DNA of 64,000 nucleotides from Eledone cirrhosa. Lineage: Eukaryota. The notes below the pieces were generated by a model that ran no database searches, was not told the origin of the DNA, and saw only the letters and a program-made list of their open reading frames with translations. Numbering within the stretch: position 1 is the stretch's first letter; the number at the start of each line of letters is the position of its first letter. Below are positions 59,250 through 64,000 of the stretch, in pieces. The translations under genes and the position numbers were made by a program. Location of the stretch: contig OZ024743.1 of assembly GCA_964016885.1 (NCBI GenBank), positions 209,002,001-209,066,000 of the forward strand. The letters are read 5' to 3'.

Positions 59250-62200
59250 CCACAGTTTACCATCCTATAGCCACAGATGAAAGCTCTTCACTCCATAAGA
59301 TATACCACAGTTTACCATCCTATAGCCAGATGAAAGCTTTTCACTCCATAATATATACCACAGTTTACCATCCTATGCCCACAGATGAAAGCTCTTCACT
59401 CCATAAGATATACCACAGTTTACCATCCTATAGCCACACATGAAAGCTCTTCACTCCATAAGATATACCACAGTTTACCATCCTATGGCCACAGATGAAA
59501 GCTCTTCACTCCATAAGATATACCACAGTTTACCACCCTATGGCCACAGATAAAAGCTCTTCACTCCATAAGATATACCACAGTTTACCATCGTATAGCC
59601 ACACATGAGAGCTCTTCACTCTATAAGATATACCACACTTAAACCATCCTATAGCCAGATGAAAGTTCTTCACTCCATAAGATATACCACAGTATACCAT
59701 CCTAAAGCCACACATGAAAGCTTTTCACTCCATAAGATATACCACAGTTTACCATCTTATAGCCACACATGAAAGCTCTTCACTCCATAAGATATACCAC
59801 AGTTTACCATCCTATAGCCACAGATGAAAGCTCTTCACTCCATAAGATATACCACAGTTTACCATCCGATAGCCACACATGAAAGCTCTTCACTCCATAA
59901 GATATACCACAGTTTACCATCCTATAGCCAGATGAAAGTTCTTCACTGCATAAGATATACCACAGTTTACCATCCTATAGCCACACATGAAAGCTCTTCA
60001 CTCCATAAGATATATCACAGTTTACCATCCTATAGCCACAGATGAAATCTCTTCACTCCATAAGATATACCACAGTTTACCATCCTATAGCCACACATGA
60101 GAGCTCTTCACTCCATAAGATATACCACAGTTTACCATCCTATAGCCACACATGAAAGCTCTTCACTCCATAAGATATACCACAGTTTACCATCCTATAG
60201 CCAGATGAAAGCTTTTCACTCCATAAGATATACCACAGTTTACCATCCTATAGCCACACATGAAAGCTCTTCACTCCATAAGATATATCACAGTTTACCA
60301 TCCTATAGCCACAGATGAAAGCTCTTCACTCCATAAGATATACCACAGTTTACCATCCTATAGCCAGATGAAAGCTCTTCTCTCCATAAGATATACCACA
60401 ATTTACCATCCTATAGCCACACATGAAAGCTCTTCACTCCATAAGATATACCACAGTTAACCATCCTATAGCCACACATGAGAGCTCTTCACACCATAAG
60501 ATATACCACAGTTTACCATCCTATAGCCACACATGAAAGCTCTTCACTCCATAAGATATACCACAGTTTACCATCCTATAGCCAGATGAAAGCTTTTCAC
60601 TCCATAAGATATACCACAGTTTACCATCCTATAGCCACACATGAAAGCTCTTCACTCCATAAGATATACCACAGTTTACCATCCTATAGTCACACATGAA
60701 AGCTCTTCACTCCATAAGATATACCAAAGTTTACCACCCTATGGCCACAGATGAAAGCTCTTCACTCCATAACATATACCACAGTTTACCATCATATAGC
60801 CACACATGAAAGCTCTTCACTCCATAAGATATACCACAGTTTACCATCCTATAGCCACAGATGAAAGCTCTTCACTCCATAAGATATACCACAGTTTACC
60901 ATCCTATAGCCACAGATGAAAGCTGTTCACTCCATAAGATATACCACAGTTTACCATCCTATAGCCACACAAGAGAGCTTTTCACACTATAAGATATACC
61001 ACAGTTTACCATCCTATAGCCACACATGGAAGCTCTTCACTCCATAAGATATACCACAGGTTACCATCCGATAGCCACACATGAAAGCTCTTCACTCCAT
61101 AAGATATACCACAGTTTACCATCCTATAGCCAGATGAAAGTTCTTCACTCCATAAGATATACCACAGTATACCATCCTATAGCCACACATGAAAGCTCTT
61201 CACTCCATAAGATATACCACAGTTTACCATCCTATAGCCACACATGAGAGCTCTTCACACCATAAGATATACCACAGTTTACCATCCTATAGCCACACAT
61301 GAGAGCTCTTCACTCTATAAGATATACCACAGTTTACCATCCTATAGCCAGATGAAAGTACTTCACTCCATAAGATATAGCACAGTATACCATCCTAAAG
61401 CCACACATGAAAGCTTTTCACTCCATAAGATATACCACAGTTTACCATCTTATAGCCACACATGAAAGCTCTTCACTCCATAAGATATACCACAGTTTAC
61501 CATCCTATAGCCACAGATGAAAGCTCTTCACTCCATAAGATATACCACAGTTTACCATCCGATAGCCACACATGAAAGCTCTTCACTCCATAAGATATAC
61601 CACAGTTTACCATCCTATAACCAGATGAAAGTTCTTCACTGCATAAGATATACCACAGTTTACCATCCTATAGCCAGATGAAAGCTTTTCACTCCATAAT
61701 ATATACCACAGTTTACCATCCTATAGCCACAGATGAAAGCTCTTCACTCCATAAGATATACCACAGTTTACCATCCTATAGCCAGATGAAAGCTTTTCAC
61801 TCCATAATATATACCACAGTTTACCATCCTATGCCCACAGATGAAAGCTCTTCACTCCATAAGATATACCACAGTTTACCATCCTATAGCCACACATGAA
61901 AGCTCTTCACTCCATAAGATATACCACAGTTTACCATCCTATGGCCACAGATGAAAGCTCTTCACTCCATAAGATATACCACAGTTTACCACCCTATGGC
62001 CACAGATAAAAGCTCTTCACTCCATAAGATATACCACAGTTTACCATCGTATAGCCACACATGAGAGCTCTTCACTCTATAAGATATACCACACTTAAAC
62101 CATCCTATAGCCAGATGAAAGTTCTTCACTCCATAAGATATACCACAGTATACCATCCTAAAGCCACACATGAAAGCTTTTCACTCCATAAGATATACCA

Positions 62201-64000
62201 CAGTTTACCATCTTATAGCCACACATGAAAGCTCTTCACTCCATAAGATATACCACAGTTTACCATCCTATAGCCACAGATGAAAGCTCTTCACTCCATA
62301 AGATATACCACAGTTTACCATCCGATAGCCACACATGAAAGCTCTTCACTCCATAAGATATACCACAGTTTACCATCCTATAGCCAGATGAAAGTTCTTC
62401 ACTGCATAAGATATACCACAGTTTACCATCCTATAGCCACACATGAAAGCTCTTCACTCCATAAGATATATCACAGTTTACCATCCTATAGCCACAGATG
62501 AAATCTCTTCACTCCATAAGATATACCACAGTTTACCATCCTATAGCCACACATGAGAGCTCTTCACTCCATAAGATATACCACAGTTTACCATCCTATA
62601 GCCACACATGAAAGCTCTTCACTCCATAAGATATACCACAGTTTACCATCCTATAGCCAGATGAAAGCTTTTCACTCCATAAGATATACCACAGTTTACC
62701 ATCCTATAGCCACACATGAAAGCTCTTCACTCCATAAGATATATCACAGTTTACCATCCTATAGCCACAGATGAAAGCTCTTCACTCCATAAGATATACC
62801 ACAGTTTACCATCCTATAGCCAGATGAAAGCTCTTCTCTCCATAAGATATACCACAGTTTACCATCCTATAGCCACACATGAAAGCTCTTCACTCCATAA
62901 GATATACCACAGTTAACCATCCTATAGCCACACATGAGAGCTCTTCACACCATAAGATATACCACAGTTTACCATCCTATAGCCACACATGAAAGCTCTT
63001 CACTCCATAAGATATACCACAGTTTACCATCCTATAGTCACACATGAAAGCTCTTCACTCCATAAGATATACCAAAGTTTACCACCCTATGGCCACAGAT
63101 GAAAGCTCTTCACTCCATAACATATACCACAGTTTACCATCATATAGCCACACATGAAAGCTCTTCACTCCATAAGATATACCACAGTTTACCATCCTAT
63201 AGCCACAGATGAAAGCTCTTCACTCCATAAGATATACCACAGTTTACCATCCTATAGCCACAGATGAAAGCTGTTCACTCCATAAGATATACCACAGTTT
63301 ACCATCCTATAGCCACACAAGAGAACTTTTCACACTATAAGATATACCACAGTTTACCATCCTATAACCACACATGGAAGCTCTTCACTCCATAAGATAT
63401 ACCACAGTTTACCATCCGATAGCCACACATGAAAGCTCTTCACTCCATAAGATATACCACAGTTCACCATCCTATAGCCAGATGAAAGTTCTTCACTCCA
63501 TAAGATATACCACAGTATACCATCCTATAGCCACACATGAAAGCTCTTCACTCCATAAGATATACCACAGTTTACCATCCTATAGCCACACATGAGAGCA
63601 CTTCACACCATAAGATATACCACAGTTTACCATCCTATAGCCACACATGAGAGCTCTTCACTCTATAAGATATACCACAGTTTACCATCCTATAGCCAGA
63701 TGAAAGTACTTCACTCCATAAGATATACCACAGTATACCATCCTAAAGCCACACATGAAAGCTTTTCACTCCATAAGATATACCACAGTTTACCATCTTA
63801 TAGCCACACATGAAAGCTCTTCACTCCATAAGATATACCACAGTTTACCATCCTATAGCCACAGATGAAAGCTCTTCACTCCATAAGATATACCATAGTT
63901 TACCATCCGATAGCCACACATGAAAGCTCTTCACTCCATAAGATATACCACAGTTTACCATCCTATAGCCAGATGAAAGTTCTTCACTGCATAAGATATA
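59250..64000 (+). repeat. Tandem duplication with offset 2,456, then 2,348 bp
   Basis: ORFs 59530/61986, 59824/62280 and 60260/62716 (+2456); 61026/63374 and 61244/63592 (+2348, i.e. one 55+53 pair lost). Shared private markers CACTTAAACC, ACCAAAGTT and CACAAGAGA. Confidence 0.92.

Larger units (their letters stand above)
1..64000 (+). repeat. Tandem satellite array, 55-bp monomer with a common 53-bp variant, about 1,170 copies, all in one orientation; runs off both window ends
   Basis: The unit ATGAAAGCTCTTCACTCCATAAGATATACCACAGTTTACCATCCTATAGCCACA(C/G) recurs at 55-bp spacing (e.g. ATG at 51, 106, 161). Units ending GCCAG are 53 bp (e.g. 161-213). Most monomers differ from consensus by 0-3 substitutions. 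No non-repeat sequence was seen. Confidence 0.99.

Noticed and set aside
21030-62171. Minus-strand 60-74 aa ORFs (MCGYRMV...)
   Set aside because: They are reverse translations of the satellite that open only where adjacent 53-mers or SNPs remove stops, and they recur only because the blocks are duplicated.
269-63813. The many 73-aa and 109-aa plus-strand ORFs (MKALHSIRYTTVYHPIAT...) as a tandem peptide gene family
   Set aside because: A pure 55-mer array reads about 37 codons before the TGA within ATGA stops the third frame. A 55+53 pair (108 bp, 36 codons) resets the frame, giving 37+36=73 and 37+72=109 aa. The ORFs overlap in different frames, have no intergenic or promoter sequence, and show no visible synonymous bias.
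1-64000. CRISPR array or other repeat-spacer system
   Set aside because: Units abut directly with no unique spacers, and there is no leader or cas gene; variation is limited to scattered SNPs.
1-64000. Telomeric repeat, tandem tRNA/5S/snRNA genes, or a named satellite such as alpha satellite with CENP-B boxes
   Set aside because: No short G-rich telomere unit, no recognisable cloverleaf or Pol III A/B boxes, the unit is too short, and no CENP-B box is visible.
1-64000. Variant order as a deliberate information code or a programmed diversification cassette system
   Set aside because: The order is adequately explained by duplication and unequal exchange, and no recombinase, reverse transcriptase or expression locus is present in the window.

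Overview
The whole 64 kb window is one uninterrupted head-to-tail satellite array in a single orientation. It holds roughly 1,170 copies (estimated as 64,000/~54.7) of a 55-bp monomer, consensus ATGAAAGCTCTTCACTCCATAAGATATACCACAGTTTACCATCCTATAGCCACA(C/G) (40% GC; 17 C vs 5 G on the + strand in the C-ending form; no CpG), plus a frequent 53-bp variant ending ...TATAGCCAG. I see no credible protein gene, RNA gene, transposon, CRISPR array or unique sequence. Every ORF in the track follows from monomer arithmetic: 55+53=108 bp resets the frame, giving 73- and 109-aa ORFs. I cannot assign the satellite to a named family or species; a eukaryotic satellite is the most likely origin (inference). The real structure lies in the point variants: a recurring ordered cassette of variant monomers in three haplotypes, nested near-identical kb-scale duplications with region-specific periods (about 1.0 to 6.2 kb), a diverged island near 31-32 kb, and three kinds of register-breaking lesion (net -19 bp at 19.26 kb, +5 bp at 31.64 kb, +1 bp at 59.64 and 62.10 kb). 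I found no support for a novel gene system. Duplication boundaries were read by eye and are approximate to about one monomer.
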